Notes under the pieces: generated by a model | Told to the model about the DNA's origin: nothing | What the model saw: only the letters and a program-made list of their open reading frames with translations | The model's database searches: none | Source of the DNA: Eubacteriales bacterium | Lineage (GTDB): Bacteria > Bacillota > Clostridia > Oscillospirales > CAG-272 | Assembly (NCBI GenBank): GCA_050309735.1 | Contig: JBNRMS010000011.1 | Span: forward strand, 1-61,796 | Length of the DNA stretch: 61,796 bases | Direction: 5' to 3' | Translations under genes and position numbers: made by a program | Shown here: in pieces, positions 18,045-28,554 of the stretch | How the letters are laid out: each line of letters starts with the position of its first letter | Position numbering within the stretch: the stretch's first letter is position 1

Positions 18045-19967
18045 ATGTCAAATTCGACGGTGCAAATTCCCGAGTTGATAACCGTTCACCTCGGGGAATA
18101 TGACGATTCCTCAAAGGATGTTACAATTCCCTTCCCCGATTACATAATGAACGTTGCCTCAAGCAGCCTCAATCCCAACTGGCCCGAGAGTTTGCTTACC
18201 GCGAATATATATCAAATTATCTCGGACACACTCTCGCGCATAGGCGAGGGAAGATATCGCGAGATGGGTCATGATTTCGATATAACCGAAAATGAATTTC
18301 CTCCCTACCGTTATGTCGACGGCCACGTCATTTATAACAACATAAGAACCTTAGCGGGTGATCTTTACAACAACTACTTAATACGCGGCGACTCTCGCGA
18401 GCCCTTGAGCGAGGAGGGGATGGGCGAAAAAATCAACTCGCCCGAATCCTTCGCTCTTGCAGAGGAGGACAAAAACCACCTTGATATACTGCGAGCTGTT
18501 TACGACGACGACACCATAGACATAGTTCACAACGCCCCGGCCGAGAAGGAAAACCAAAATCCGCCCGTCTTCCCGATTGCCTTTGACGACAGCGGAAACA
18601 ATGTTCGCAACATACAAATTCAGCTAAACCGCGTGTCGACCCATTATCCGACTATCCCAAAAATCATACTCTCAGATGGAATTTTTTCGTATGACACGCA
18701 GGCAGCGGTTGAAGAATTTCAGCGCATATTCGGTCTTGAGGTGACCGGAATCGTTGATCAAGCCACATGGTACACCCTGCTCAGGGTTTATTCGGCTATA
18801 AATAAACTCAACACTCTTTATTCCGAGGGCATAATGCACGATATGAACACGCGTCAGTTTCCCGGTGTTCTTTCACCGGGCGATTCAGGGGACTCTATTC
18901 ATGTGCTTCAGCATTTTATTAATTACCTCTCACAGTATTACAGAACAATCCCGCCGGTCGAGTCAAACGGAATTTTTGACGCACTAACTCTTGCGGCAGT
19001 AGTCGATATGCAGCGAACGCTCGGCCTCTCTCCCACCGGCTTTGTCGATGCCGAAACCTGGGACATAATGTTTGACGCTTACCTCGGAATAACTCAAATG
19101 ATACCGCCAAAATATACTGACGGCTCGTCGCTCCCCTTTGACGGAACCGACCTCCGGCTCGGTTCCGAGGGCGAGCGGGTCAGGCTGCTACAGGAATATC
19201 TCAGCTATATATCATCAATATATCCCGAGATTCCCGGCGTTCAGATTACGGGTTATTTTGGCATAAGGCTTCAGGAGGCGGTGGTATCCGTACAACGACT
19301 GCTCGGAATACCCTATACCGGCGTTGTTGACGAGCGCACCTGGAATGCTATCGCCAGCCTCTACACCGACCTCTATATGGGCGCGCAGCTTCAAGAGGGT
19401 CAGTATCCCGGATTTGACATCGGTGTTCCGGAGGAGGGATACACTCCTATCAGAACCGAAACGGCGATAAGAGACGTGCAGCGCTGCCTGCACGCAATAT
19501 CGCAGAACGACCGCGACATAGCCCCCCTTGTCATAGACGGAATATTCAACGGAATCACAAGAGAATCGGTGACCTCATTTCAAATAAAATCCGGACTTGA
19601 CCCAACCGGTATTGTCGACCGAAAAACCTGGGATATGCTTTTTGAAGCTTATTACAAAGAATTGAGAAAAACACTTCCGCTGCCCTCTGTGAGCATTTTC
19701 CCGAGCAATCCGCCGGGATATGAGGTTAAGCTTGGCGACACAGGATATCTTGTCACAATGGTGCAGTATCTCCTTCAGGAGATATCGCGAGATTTTGATT
19801 TCAATCCGCCGGTTAAGGTCACCGGTTCCTATGACGAGGCGACAGAGATGGCTGTCAAAGCCTTTCAGAAAAAAAACATGCTCGAGGAAACAGGCGTTGT
19901 CTGCACCGAGACATGGAGGCGGCTTGCCGAGTATCACAACATGATGCAGCATGAATATTTGCAATAG
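18045..19967 (+). CDS. SleC-like spore cortex protein: degenerate SpoIID/LytB-like domain plus five peptidoglycan-binding repeats
   Basis: IPELITVHLG, FPDYIMNVASS, WPE, FDIT; five xGx(F/Y)...Q...L..TG.V...TW repeats. Confidence 0.8.
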   Translation: MSNSTVQIPELITVHLGEYDDSSKDVTIPFPDYIMNVASSSLNPNWPESLLTANIYQIISDTLSRIGEGRYREMGHDFDITENEFPPYRYVDGHVIYNNIRTLAGDLYNNYLIRGDSREPLSEEGMGEKINSPESFALAEEDKNHLDILRAVYDDDTIDIVHNAPAEKENQNPPVFPIAFDDSGNNVRNIQIQLNRVSTHYPTIPKIILSDGIFSYDTQAAVEEFQRIFGLEVTGIVDQATWYTLLRVYSAINKLNTLYSEGIMHDMNTRQFPGVLSPGDSGDSIHVLQHFINYLSQYYRTIPPVESNGIFDALTLAAVVDMQRTLGLSPTGFVDAETWDIMFDAYLGITQMIPPKYTDGSSLPFDGTDLRLGSEGERVRLLQEYLSYISSIYPEIPGVQITGYFGIRLQEAVVSVQRLLGIPYTGVVDERTWNAIASLYTDLYMGAQLQEGQYPGFDIGVPEEGYTPIRTETAIRDVQRCLHAISQNDRDIAPLVIDGIFNGITRESVTSFQIKSGLDPTGIVDRKTWDMLFEAYYKELRKTLPLPSVSIFPSNPPGYEVKLGDTGYLVTMVQYLLQEISRDFDFNPPVKVTGSYDEATEMAVKAFQKKNMLEETGVVCTETWRRLAEYHNMMQHEYLQ

Positions 19968-20011
19968 GTTGAGTTTATAATAGCTATATTACCAATCGGA
20001 GGATATAGCTC

Positions 20012-22489
20012 ATGTCAAACAAGTTTACTCAGAAGGCGCAGAATTCTCTGAACCGGGCGATGCTCTCGGCTCGCGAGCTTGGACACACATATATCGGCTC
20101 TGAGCACCTCTTGCTCGGGCTTGCCGGGGAACCCGACAGTATCGCCTCAAAGCTTCTTGTCGAGCGCGGGGCGGACGGAGATAAGCTCCGCCAAACAATA
20201 TCCGAATGGGCCGGTGTTGGTGTTCCGACTCTGCTCTCCCCCTCGGATATGACGCCCAAACTCAAGAACATAATCGAAACATCGGCAGAGGAGTCGATAA
20301 AATACGGCCAGAGCTATATAGGCACCGAGCACCTGCTCTCGGCGCTGCTATCCGAGAACGACTGCATGGCAATACGCATAATCGCGGCCTCGGGCGTATC
20401 GGTAAACGAGCTGAAAAAGGAGCTTCTCTCCTTCCTTGAAACAATACCCGGGAAAAGCCTGATAAAGGATTTAAAAAATCGAGAGTTATCCCGCACATCA
20501 ATCCCCGGCGCGCCTACCGTCTCATGCTTCGGGAGAAACCTCACCGCCTCGGCTCGCGCCGGGCAGCTTGACCCAATTATCGGACGCGAGCGAGAAACCA
20601 TGCGCGTCATCCAAATCCTCTCAAGGCGGACAAAGAACAACCCCTGCCTTATCGGCGAGCCGGGTGTGGGAAAAACCGCTGTTGTCGAGGGGCTTGCGCA
20701 GCGGATTGCAGAAGGGCGGGTTCCCGAGAATCTCAAGGACAAAATAATCGTTACCCTTGACATTCCGGCCATGATAGCCGGCGCTAAATATCGCGGCGAA
20801 TTTGAGGAGCGGATGAAAAATGTTATGGAAGAGGTTCGCAAGAACAACTCGATAATCCTTTTTGTAGACGAGATACACACAATAATCGGCGCCGGCGCCG
20901 CAGAAGGTGCTGTTGATGCCGCCAATATCATAAAGCCCGCGCTCTCAAGAGCCGAGCTGCAGATGATAGGCGCAACCACTCTCTCCGAATACCGCCGATA
21001 TATTGAAAAGGATGCCGCGCTTGAGAGGCGCTTTCAGCCGGTGACGGTGGGAGAACCAACCGCCTCCGAAACAGTCGCTATACTTTTTGGCCTGCGCGAC
21101 AAATTCGAGGCACATCACAAGCTGAGTATATCCGACCGAGCTATAGAGGCTGCTGTGACTCTCTCGCAGCGCTATATTCCCGACAGATTTCTGCCCGACA
21201 AGGCAATCGACCTCCTTGACGAGGCAGCATCGGGTCGTCGCATAGCCGCCTTTTCGGCGCCTCCCGCTCTCACCGCCGCAAAAGAACGGCTTCTCGCTAT
21301 CGCAAGCGAGAAAGAGGAGGCGATAATCTCTCAAAATTATGAGAAAGCGGCACTGCTCCGCGATGAGGAGCTAAAGCTCAAGCGTAGTTTTGACGAGGAA
21401 AAACGGCTCTGGGACGGCAACCGTCCCGAACTTGAGCTAATGGTTACCCCCGAGGACATCGAGCGCACACTGACCCAGTGGACCGGAATCCCGATTTCCA
21501 GTTCAGACGAGGAAGAAAATATGCGGATTTTGCAGCTTGATAAAAAGCTTGGCCAGAGGATAATAGGTCAGTCAAGTGCGATTGAAAAAATATCGGCGGC
21601 CATCCGCCGGGGGCGCAGCGGGCTTAAAGATCCTCGCCGCCCGGCCGGTTCTTTCCTTTTCTGCGGACGCACCGGCGTTGGAAAAACCGAACTTGCGCGT
21701 GTCCTTTCAGACGAGGTTTTCGGCAAGGATAATTTTATCAGACTCGATATGTCCGAATACATGGAAAAGCACAGCGTCTCGAAGCTTATCGGTTCGCCGC
21801 CGGGGTACGTTGGATATGACGAGGGGGGCAGGCTTATCGAGAGCGTGAGAAGGCATCCCTATTCGGTGGTGCTTTTCGATGAAATTGAGAAGGCGCACCC
21901 TGATATTTTCAATATCCTCCTGCAAATTCTTGACAACGGCCGCATTTCAGACTCGCAGGGGCGGCAGGCAGATTTTCGGAATACGATAATTATCCTTACC
22001 TCAAATATCGGCCTTATCACAGGCACGGAGAAGGCTTTGCTTGGTTTCGGAAGTGCGCCTTCGGAGCAAAACGACCAGGAGGACGAGAAGCAAATAATGC
22101 GGGCGGTGAGCGAGGCATTTCGCCCCGAGCTTATCAATCGAATAGACGAAATAATAATCTTTCGCCCTCTTTCACCTGAGGATATCAATAAGGTCACCCT
22201 CCTTACGCTCTCAGAAATCAAAGACCGCGCCGCGTCGCTCGGGATAAGCATAAAATTCACCGAGCCTGCCATAAGCCAAATATCAAGAAAGGGCTACAGC
22301 CGCAAATACGGCGCGCGAAACCTTCGGCGCACAGTTGTCTCGCTTGTCGAGGACAGACTTTCGCTTATGATTCTCGGAGGAAAAATAAAATCGGGCGACA
22401 CGGTTACCGTCGATGCCGGGAGTGACACTGATGATATAGAAATCTTGGTAAACAAAAGTACAGTGAATGCGCCGGGAGGAACTCCTTAG
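20012..22489 (+). CDS. clpC: ATP-dependent Clp protease ATP-binding subunit ClpC
   Basis: Clp-N repeats, GEPGVGKT, GAKYRGEFEER, DAALERRF, second Walker A GRTGVGKT, GSPPGYVGYDEGG. Confidence 0.93.
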   Translation: MSNKFTQKAQNSLNRAMLSARELGHTYIGSEHLLLGLAGEPDSIASKLLVERGADGDKLRQTISEWAGVGVPTLLSPSDMTPKLKNIIETSAEESIKYGQSYIGTEHLLSALLSENDCMAIRIIAASGVSVNELKKELLSFLETIPGKSLIKDLKNRELSRTSIPGAPTVSCFGRNLTASARAGQLDPIIGRERETMRVIQILSRRTKNNPCLIGEPGVGKTAVVEGLAQRIAEGRVPENLKDKIIVTLDIPAMIAGAKYRGEFEERMKNVMEEVRKNNSIILFVDEIHTIIGAGAAEGAVDAANIIKPALSRAELQMIGATTLSEYRRYIEKDAALERRFQPVTVGEPTASETVAILFGLRDKFEAHHKLSISDRAIEAAVTLSQRYIPDRFLPDKAIDLLDEAASGRRIAAFSAPPALTAAKERLLAIASEKEEAIISQNYEKAALLRDEELKLKRSFDEEKRLWDGNRPELELMVTPEDIERTLTQWTGIPISSSDEEENMRILQLDKKLGQRIIGQSSAIEKISAAIRRGRSGLKDPRRPAGSFLFCGRTGVGKTELARVLSDEVFGKDNFIRLDMSEYMEKHSVSKLIGSPPGYVGYDEGGRLIESVRRHPYSVVLFDEIEKAHPDIFNILLQILDNGRISDSQGRQADFRNTIIILTSNIGLITGTEKALLGFGSAPSEQNDQEDEKQIMRAVSEAFRPELINRIDEIIIFRPLSPEDINKVTLLTLSEIKDRAASLGISIKFTEPAISQISRKGYSRKYGARNLRRTVVSLVEDRLSLMILGGKIKSGDTVTVDAGSDTDDIEILVNKSTVNAPGGTP

Positions 22490-22542
22490 GTCTTGCCTCA
22501 AATTCATAGGGCAATTTTAAAATGATATGATAAATAAAGAAC

Positions 22543-22570
22543 AGGGAAACTTCCTTCAGGAGGTTTCCCC
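22543..22570. terminator. Hairpin after clpC
   Basis: GGGAAACTTCCT..AGGAGGTTTCCC. Confidence 0.55.
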
Positions 22571-22674
22571 GATGTGCTAAATTCCTATGTTTATTATGCT
22601 AATAGATTCCCCTAAAACTGCCTTGTGAGCCGCCTGGTGCAAAATCAGGTAATCCTAGTTGATTGAGCCGCCTG

Positions 22675-23277
22675 CTACCATATATTCTTCATTTCGGAGA
22701 GTGAGTTTATATGGTAATCTGTCACGCAGTCTTTGTAATAGCCCTCAGGGTCAAACAAACATCCGGCTATGCCGGCGGCCAGAGCGGCGCGGACGTCTAT
22801 ATCGCGGTCACCTATCATGAGTGCACGAGAGCGGTCTATTCCGAATTTATCTATCAGAAAGTTGAGGCCGTCTGGTGCGGGCTTGTTCGGGAAATTATAT
22901 GAGCCGTCCAGAACAAACTCAAAGTAATCAAGAAGCCCCATTCTCGCGAGCAACTTGCGCGCAAGCGGGCCGGTGTGTGTATAAATATAGTTTTTCTTGC
23001 CAAGGGCTAAAGCCTCTCTTAAAATCCCTTCAGCTTCGGGGAAAGCTTTTTGCTCGTCGAGTGCCATTGCTTTGTGGATTTTACTAAACTCGCGGTGAGC
23101 CTCTGTCACATTATAGTGCCGCAACGCGTGGCCGACCGAAACCTTCAGGCAAGCATAGGCGGTATCATAGTCTCCCTCAATGCCGCGCCGGCCGAGCAGT
23201 TCGAGCAGCGAGCGGGTGAAAACCGGGTATGTGTCTGAGATTGTTCCGTCAAAATCGTAAATCAGATGGTCGTACAT
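22675..23277 (-). CDS. HAD-family hydrolase
   Basis: DFDGT, KPAPD, IGDRDID. Confidence 0.9.
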   Translation of the reverse strand: MYDHLIYDFDGTISDTYPVFTRSLLELLGRRGIEGDYDTAYACLKVSVGHALRHYNVTEAHREFSKIHKAMALDEQKAFPEAEGILREALALGKKNYIYTHTGPLARKLLARMGLLDYFEFVLDGSYNFPNKPAPDGLNFLIDKFGIDRSRALMIGDRDIDVRAALAAGIAGCLFDPEGYYKDCVTDYHINSLSEMKNIW

Positions 23278-23283
23278 CCTCTG

Positions 23284-23868
23284 TTATTTCCTTTTTTTCA
23301 TTCTTTTTATTTCCGCAGCCTCGGGGTTTATCGGGTCGGTAAGGCTTGTGAAACGGATATCTTTTGTACCGAGATAATAGCTAATAGTTGAAACAAGCAG
23401 CGCGGGCACAATAATGAGAAAATAAGCCCACCATGCATTGTTAAGCGGAATGCCGACAGGCTCTCCGTTTTCAATAATTGTCTTATAGTGAGTAGACATT
23501 ATGCCGCTGTACATCCCCTCAATCAGGAGCGCAATAAGCCCGCTCACCTTGATGCCGGCGGTAAAAAGTATCGCCAATATAATATTTAATGAATTGCCCA
23601 AAAGCGAAATATAAAGGCCGCGCAGCGGAGCCTCCGTTGTCTTCCCGCTTCTAATTCTTGCCCTATCCTGATATCCCACATCCCAGGTCATAACATAAAT
23701 TAAAAACAAGTAAAACAACACCGAGCAAATGCTCGAAACAATGTTTCCAGCTCGGCTACCTGCCGAAACAAAGACCAGCGACAGCGTTAGTCCGAGCAGC
23801 GCTATCGCAAACTGATTTAAAAACATTTTAACCGAATAATATGAATAATCCCTGAAAAATTCCTTCAT
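23284..23868 (-). CDS. Hypothetical integral membrane protein
   Basis: Several hydrophobic helices; GAGG RBS; co-oriented with the HAD gene. Confidence 0.75.
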   Translation of the reverse strand: MKEFFRDYSYYSVKMFLNQFAIALLGLTLSLVFVSAGSRAGNIVSSICSVLFYLFLIYVMTWDVGYQDRARIRSGKTTEAPLRGLYISLLGNSLNIILAILFTAGIKVSGLIALLIEGMYSGIMSTHYKTIIENGEPVGIPLNNAWWAYFLIIVPALLVSTISYYLGTKDIRFTSLTDPINPEAAEIKRMKKRK

Positions 23869-24069
23869 CTTCTACCTCGCTAAGTGATTCGGGAAAGTAA
23901 GTCCAATTCGCTTCCCCAAGCGCTTGTCAACTACATTATACACATTATATATTACATTATCCTTTTTTGCAATAGCAGAGCGCGAAAAGTTTACAGTTTA
24001 GCAACCAATAATGCCCTTTTGGGGTGTATAATAATTATACAAAATATAATCCCGAGGATGTGATATATA

Positions 24070-25092
24070 ATGCCGGAGCAAGCAACAACAGCAGATCTGC
24101 CCGATATTCTGAGTGAATTTGCCTCATATAAAATTGTTATTCAAGGCTGCTCGAAAAAAACAGTCGATGAATACCTTCTTGACCTGCGAACCTTCGCGCG
24201 TTTTATTATCTCGGCGCGAAGCGCCATCTCACCCGAGTCGGAAGAATTTATGAAAATTGACATATCAAATGCCGATGCCGATTTTTTTAAATCGGTGAAA
24301 ACCTCGGAAATTTACGAGTTTTTGCTCTACACAAGCACAGTCAGAAAAAACATGTGGGCGGCTAAATCACGAAAGCTCTCGGCTATCAAAGCGCTTTATA
24401 AATATATGACGCTTAAAAAAAATATGCAATTTGAAAATCCCGCCGCCAATATCGAATCGCCAAAGCCAAAGAAAACGCTTCCGAAGTTTTTAAGTCTTGA
24501 AGAGTCAATTTCGCTTCTTGATGCGATACAAAGCGATAATAACTCAAAGTCAAGACTGCGAGATTATGCAATTGTGACATTGTTTCTAAACTGTGGCATG
24601 CGGCTCTCAGAGCTTGCGGGAATTAATCTTCAGGATCTTGACCGTGACCTGCGATCACTGCGAGTTCTCGGAAAGGGCAGCAAGGAGAGGATTATATATC
24701 TCAATTCGGCCTGCCGCGACGCGCTTGAGGGATATCTGAAAATACGGCTTGCCGAGCAATATCTGCGCGTGCCAAGCAGGGCGCTTTTCCTCAGCTCGAG
24801 AAATCAACGAATCAGTGTCAAAACGATACAGTGGATGGTTTATAAATATCTTGATGTCGCCGGACTTGGGTCAAAGCGCTACTCTGTACATAAACTCCGG
24901 CACACCGCCGCGACGCTTATGTATCAGTCCGGCGAGGTCGATGTCAGAGTTCTCAAGGACATTCTCGGACACGAGCAGCTAAACACTACGCAGATTTATA
25001 CGCATGTCAGCAACGAGGCAATGTCTGAAGCGATGGAGAAAAATCCGCTCTCGGGCATCGAACTGAACAAAAAAGAAAGCAAAAATACTTAA
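24070..25092 (+). CDS. Tyrosine recombinase, XerC/XerS-like
   Basis: Catalytic set intact: GMRLSEL, GKGSKER, HKLRH, LGH, TQIYTH; N-terminal SAM-like domain. Confidence 0.92.
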   Translation: MPEQATTADLPDILSEFASYKIVIQGCSKKTVDEYLLDLRTFARFIISARSAISPESEEFMKIDISNADADFFKSVKTSEIYEFLLYTSTVRKNMWAAKSRKLSAIKALYKYMTLKKNMQFENPAANIESPKPKKTLPKFLSLEESISLLDAIQSDNNSKSRLRDYAIVTLFLNCGMRLSELAGINLQDLDRDLRSLRVLGKGSKERIIYLNSACRDALEGYLKIRLAEQYLRVPSRALFLSSRNQRISVKTIQWMVYKYLDVAGLGSKRYSVHKLRHTAATLMYQSGEVDVRVLKDILGHEQLNTTQIYTHVSNEAMSEAMEKNPLSGIELNKKESKNT

Positions 25093-25167
25093 CTCCGCCC
25101 TTCCCTGCTCTTTTTTATGTGAATGCACGTTAATGTTTCAAAGTTTCTCTGTTTTTTCGCTTTATTT

Positions 25168-25443
25168 TATGTTATAATATGTACATTGGCAGGTTTCGGA
25201 AAAACCTGCGATGTCGCAACGGCAAAGTAACACACGGGAGAAATTCACTTGCGACTATGTTATAATATACACTTTGGCAGCTTTTGAAAAAAGCTGCGAT
25301 GTCGCAACGGCGCGCGAGCACACGGGAGAAATTCACTTGCGACTATATTATATTATACACATTGGCAGCTTTTGAAAAAAGCTGCGATGTCGCAACGGCG
25401 CGCGAGCGCACGGGAGAAATTCACTTGCGACTATGTTATAATA
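25168..25443 (+). repeat. Tandem array of three 88-bp structured repeats plus a partial fourth
   Basis: Units start at 25168, 25256, 25344 and 25432; shared TTGGCAG..CTGCGATGTCGCAACGGC..CACGGGAGAAATTCACTTGCGAC. Confidence 0.95.
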
Positions 25444-25497
25444 AAATAATTCGATTTGTCACCACAAGAAAGGACGCCGCGTTGCGGCAGAAACAAA

Positions 25498-27102
25498 ATG
25501 GATTTAACAAATTTCAGCCTTCTCTATCCCAACGCCGAGAGCAAGCGCGAACACGCTGCGGGAACAAATCTGCCCGACATAGATATGTCGGTTCTCAGCG
25601 AGCTCGGCCTTATTGAGATATTCGACCTGAAAAACACCGATTTATCCGAGTTTTTCACCACCGACCCCACCGTCATGCGCTATCGCATGGAGGCTTTTGA
25701 CGATATGCTCAAAAATCCTATTATCCCAAAGACGCTCGGTCGCCTCGTTCCAATCCTCGGCGATATACTTGAATTGAGGCGTCTGGACGAGGAAAGCGGC
25801 GATACCACCTCATATCTCTCAAGTCTGACCGAGATTGAGCTTTATATTGCGAGCGTCGAGGTGCTCCATTCGGGCTTTGCACAGGTTAGGAGCAACATAA
25901 AAAGCCGCGCCTTTATTGCCCTGGCAGACCGGATAATCGAGCTTGCCGAGAGCGATTATTATATGGAGCTGAATGAAAAGTTGGCCGCTCTCACCTCAAG
26001 AGTTCGCGATATTAAGAGCGTCACCATAGGCGTCAATCTCGACGCGCAACTTCGCCCCGCCGAGGCCGGCGTCCTCTCAATAAATCCCGAACCCTTCCGC
26101 TCGGGCGACGTGCTTGAGAAGATACTTCGCCTTAATTTTAAAGACGATGAATATACCTGCATCGCCAGCCTTGTTCCCTTCGGCAAGAAGCAAACCGACA
26201 ACCAGAAGATGGCGCTCTCGCTCGCCTTCAACTCGGCGATAAACGAGGTTTACAAGTCCTCCTTGCGCTCTTGGAAAAAGATTGTTCAGGAATATGTGCT
26301 CGACAACACCGATTTTCTCCTCAACCTCATGCCCGAAATTGAATTTTTCGTCAAGGGAACGGCAATGCAGCAGAAGCTTATTGAACGGGGCTGCAAGCTC
26401 ACGATTCCCGAGATAGCCCCGGCCGATGAGCGGGTGTTTATCGCTAACGAGCTTTATAATCCCTGCGTCGCGCTCAAAATCGAGGGCGATATAGTCGACA
26501 ACGACATCTCTTTTGATGACAGCTCACGAATCTACGTCCTGACCGGCCCTAATCGGGGCGGCAAATCGGTGATAACCTGCGCTGTGGGTCTCTGTCAGGT
26601 TATGATGCAGCTTGGGATGTATGTTCCGGCGTCTTTCGCTCGGATAAGCCCGGCAGACGCGATATATACCCACTTCACAACCGGAGCTGAGGATACAATT
26701 GACAAAGGAAGGTTAGGCGAGGAGAGCGCGCGGCTGCGCGACATTTTCGACAGAATAACCCCCCTGAGCCTTATTTTACTTGATGAAACGCTTTCCTCTA
26801 CCGGCTCTTACGAGGCGTCCTTTATAGCAGCCGAGGTTCTCGCCGCCTTCTCCATCGTGAATTGTCGTTGCCTCTTTGCCACACATCTGCACGAGCTTTC
26901 GGCGCGGCTTGATGAAATAAACGCCCGAGCCGCGGCCGACGGTGGAGGTTTTATCGACACTCTTGTGGCCGGCATCGAGGGCGAGGGTCGCCGCTCCTTT
27001 AAGATATACCGCGCAAGACCCGACGGAAAGAGCTATGCACGCGACATTGCAGAGAAGTATGGGCTGACCTATGAGAATATAACAAAAAGATTTATAAATT
27101 GA
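25498..27102 (+). CDS. MutS-family ATPase (domain V only, not MutS1 or MutS2)
   Basis: LTGPNRGGKS, GRLGEES, LLDETLSST, FATHLHEL, SYARDIAEKYG; no mismatch-binding domain or Smr domain. Confidence 0.85.
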   Translation: MDLTNFSLLYPNAESKREHAAGTNLPDIDMSVLSELGLIEIFDLKNTDLSEFFTTDPTVMRYRMEAFDDMLKNPIIPKTLGRLVPILGDILELRRLDEESGDTTSYLSSLTEIELYIASVEVLHSGFAQVRSNIKSRAFIALADRIIELAESDYYMELNEKLAALTSRVRDIKSVTIGVNLDAQLRPAEAGVLSINPEPFRSGDVLEKILRLNFKDDEYTCIASLVPFGKKQTDNQKMALSLAFNSAINEVYKSSLRSWKKIVQEYVLDNTDFLLNLMPEIEFFVKGTAMQQKLIERGCKLTIPEIAPADERVFIANELYNPCVALKIEGDIVDNDISFDDSSRIYVLTGPNRGGKSVITCAVGLCQVMMQLGMYVPASFARISPADAIYTHFTTGAEDTIDKGRLGEESARLRDIFDRITPLSLILLDETLSSTGSYEASFIAAEVLAAFSIVNCRCLFATHLHELSARLDEINARAAADGGGFIDTLVAGIEGEGRRSFKIYRARPDGKSYARDIAEKYGLTYENITKRFIN

Positions 27103-27111
27103 CATATAACG

Positions 27112-27145
27112 AAAAACACCGCCACAATTCATGGCGGTGTTTTTT
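27112..27145. terminator. Bidirectional intrinsic terminator
   Basis: AAAAACACCGCCA...TGGCGGTGTTTTT between convergent genes. Confidence 0.85.
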
Positions 27146-27156
27146 GTTTTGTGATG

Positions 27157-28554
27157 TCAATACTCAAGTTTTTTTGCAATATAATCCTTGAGCTCTGTTA
27201 TCGGAATTCTCACCTGCTCCATGCTGTCGCGATCGCGCACGGTAACGCAGTTGTCATTCTCAGAGTCAAAATCATATGTCACGCAGAGCGGAGTTCCTAT
27301 CTCGTCCTGTCGGCGATATCTTTTGCCTATTGAACCTGTTTCGTCAAACTCAACCTGAAAATCTTTCGCAAGCATATCATAGACAGCCTCGGCGCGCTCC
27401 GACAGCTTCTTTGAGAGCGGAAGGACTGCCGCCTTTACCGGAGCAAGATATGGGTGAAGGCGCAGCACAACGCGGGTGTCGTTTTTTGCGGGGTCAACAA
27501 CCTCCTCATCATAGGCATCAACAAGGAAGGCAAGCGCCATTCGGTCAACACCGACCGAGGGCTCGATAACATACGGCACATATTTTGTGTTGTCTTCAGG
27601 GTCGAAATATTCGAGAGGCTCGCCGCTGTGCTTGGCATGCTGCGAGAGGTCATAATCGGTTCGGTCGGCGATACCCCAGAGCTCGCCCCAACCAAAGGGG
27701 AACAGAAATTCAAAGTCGGTGGTCGCCTTTGAATAGAAAGAAAGCTCCTTGGCGCTGTGGTCGCGCAGGCGCAGGTTTTCCTGCTTCATCCCAAGGTCAA
27801 GAAGAAACTTCTCACAGTAATCCTTCCAAAATTCAAACCACTCAAGGTCTGTTCCGGGCTTGCAGAAAAACTCAAGCTCCATCTGCTCAAATTCGCGTGT
27901 GCGGAAGATGAAGTTTCCCGGTGTTATCTCATTTCTGAAGGATTTTCCGATCTGGCAGACGCCGAAGGGCAGCTTCTTTCTTGTTGAGCGCGCTATGTTT
28001 TTGAAGTTGACAAAGATTCCCTGCGCTGTCTCGGGTCGCAGATAAAGCTCAGACTCAGACTCGGCGGTCACCCCTTGATATGTCTTAAACATAAGGTTAA
28101 ACTTTCGTATTTCGGTGAAGTCTCCCGAGCCGCATGAGGGGCATTTGATTTCTTTTGCCTTTATATATTTATACATTTCATCGTTCGACCAGCCGGCAGG
28201 GTTGTCGGCAAGGCCGCAATTTGCGGCGAAGTCCTCAATGAGCTTGTCGGCTCTGTGGCGGGTTTTGCAGACCTTGCAGTCCATCAGCGGGTCGGAGAAG
28301 CCGCCTACATGCCCCGACGCTACCCAAGTCTCGGGATTCATGATAATTGCGCTGTCAAGTCCGACATTGTATTTACACTCCTGCACAAACTTCTTCCACC
28401 ATGCTCGCTTGACATTGTTCTTCAGCTCAACGCCGAGCGGCCCGTAGTCCCATGAATTGGCAAGGCCGCCGTATATCTCGGAGCCCGGGAAAATAAAGCC
28501 GCGGGTCTTACAGAGCGCTACGATTTTATCCATTGTTTTTTCTTTGTTGTCCAT
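27157..28554 (-). CDS. glyQS: Glycine--tRNA ligase (homodimeric type)
   Basis: [52 protein letters not shown]. Confidence 0.96.
   Translation of the reverse strand: MDNKEKTMDKIVALCKTRGFIFPGSEIYGGLANSWDYGPLGVELKNNVKRAWWKKFVQECKYNVGLDSAIIMNPETWVASGHVGGFSDPLMDCKVCKTRHRADKLIEDFAANCGLADNPAGWSNDEMYKYIKAKEIKCPSCGSGDFTEIRKFNLMFKTYQGVTAESESELYLRPETAQGIFVNFKNIARSTRKKLPFGVCQIGKSFRNEITPGNFIFRTREFEQMELEFFCKPGTDLEWFEFWKDYCEKFLLDLGMKQENLRLRDHSAKELSFYSKATTDFEFLFPFGWGELWGIADRTDYDLSQHAKHSGEPLEYFDPEDNTKYVPYVIEPSVGVDRMALAFLVDAYDEEVVDPAKNDTRVVLRLHPYLAPVKAAVLPLSKKLSERAEAVYDMLAKDFQVEFDETGSIGKRYRRQDEIGTPLCVTYDFDSENDNCVTVRDRDSMEQVRIPITELKDYIAKKLEY

Noticed and set aside
23930-23970. Possible dif site upstream of the Xer gene (three ACATTAT repeats)
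   Set aside because: Only a weak match to the XerC/XerD arms; no gene-strand switch around it, so a replication terminus is unlikely
24070-25092. Integrase of a prophage or ICE
   Set aside because: Looks like a housekeeping Xer-type protein; neighbours are core genes; no att repeats or phage genes
25168-25443. CRISPR array or type III toxin-antitoxin RNA interpretation of the 88-bp repeats
   Set aside because: No unique spacers and no cas genes; no terminator-toxin arrangement, and the downstream gene is a MutS-family ATPase
25284-25616. 110 aa ORF across the repeat array
   Set aside because: Translation of repeat DNA overlapping the true ATPase start in another frame; no RBS
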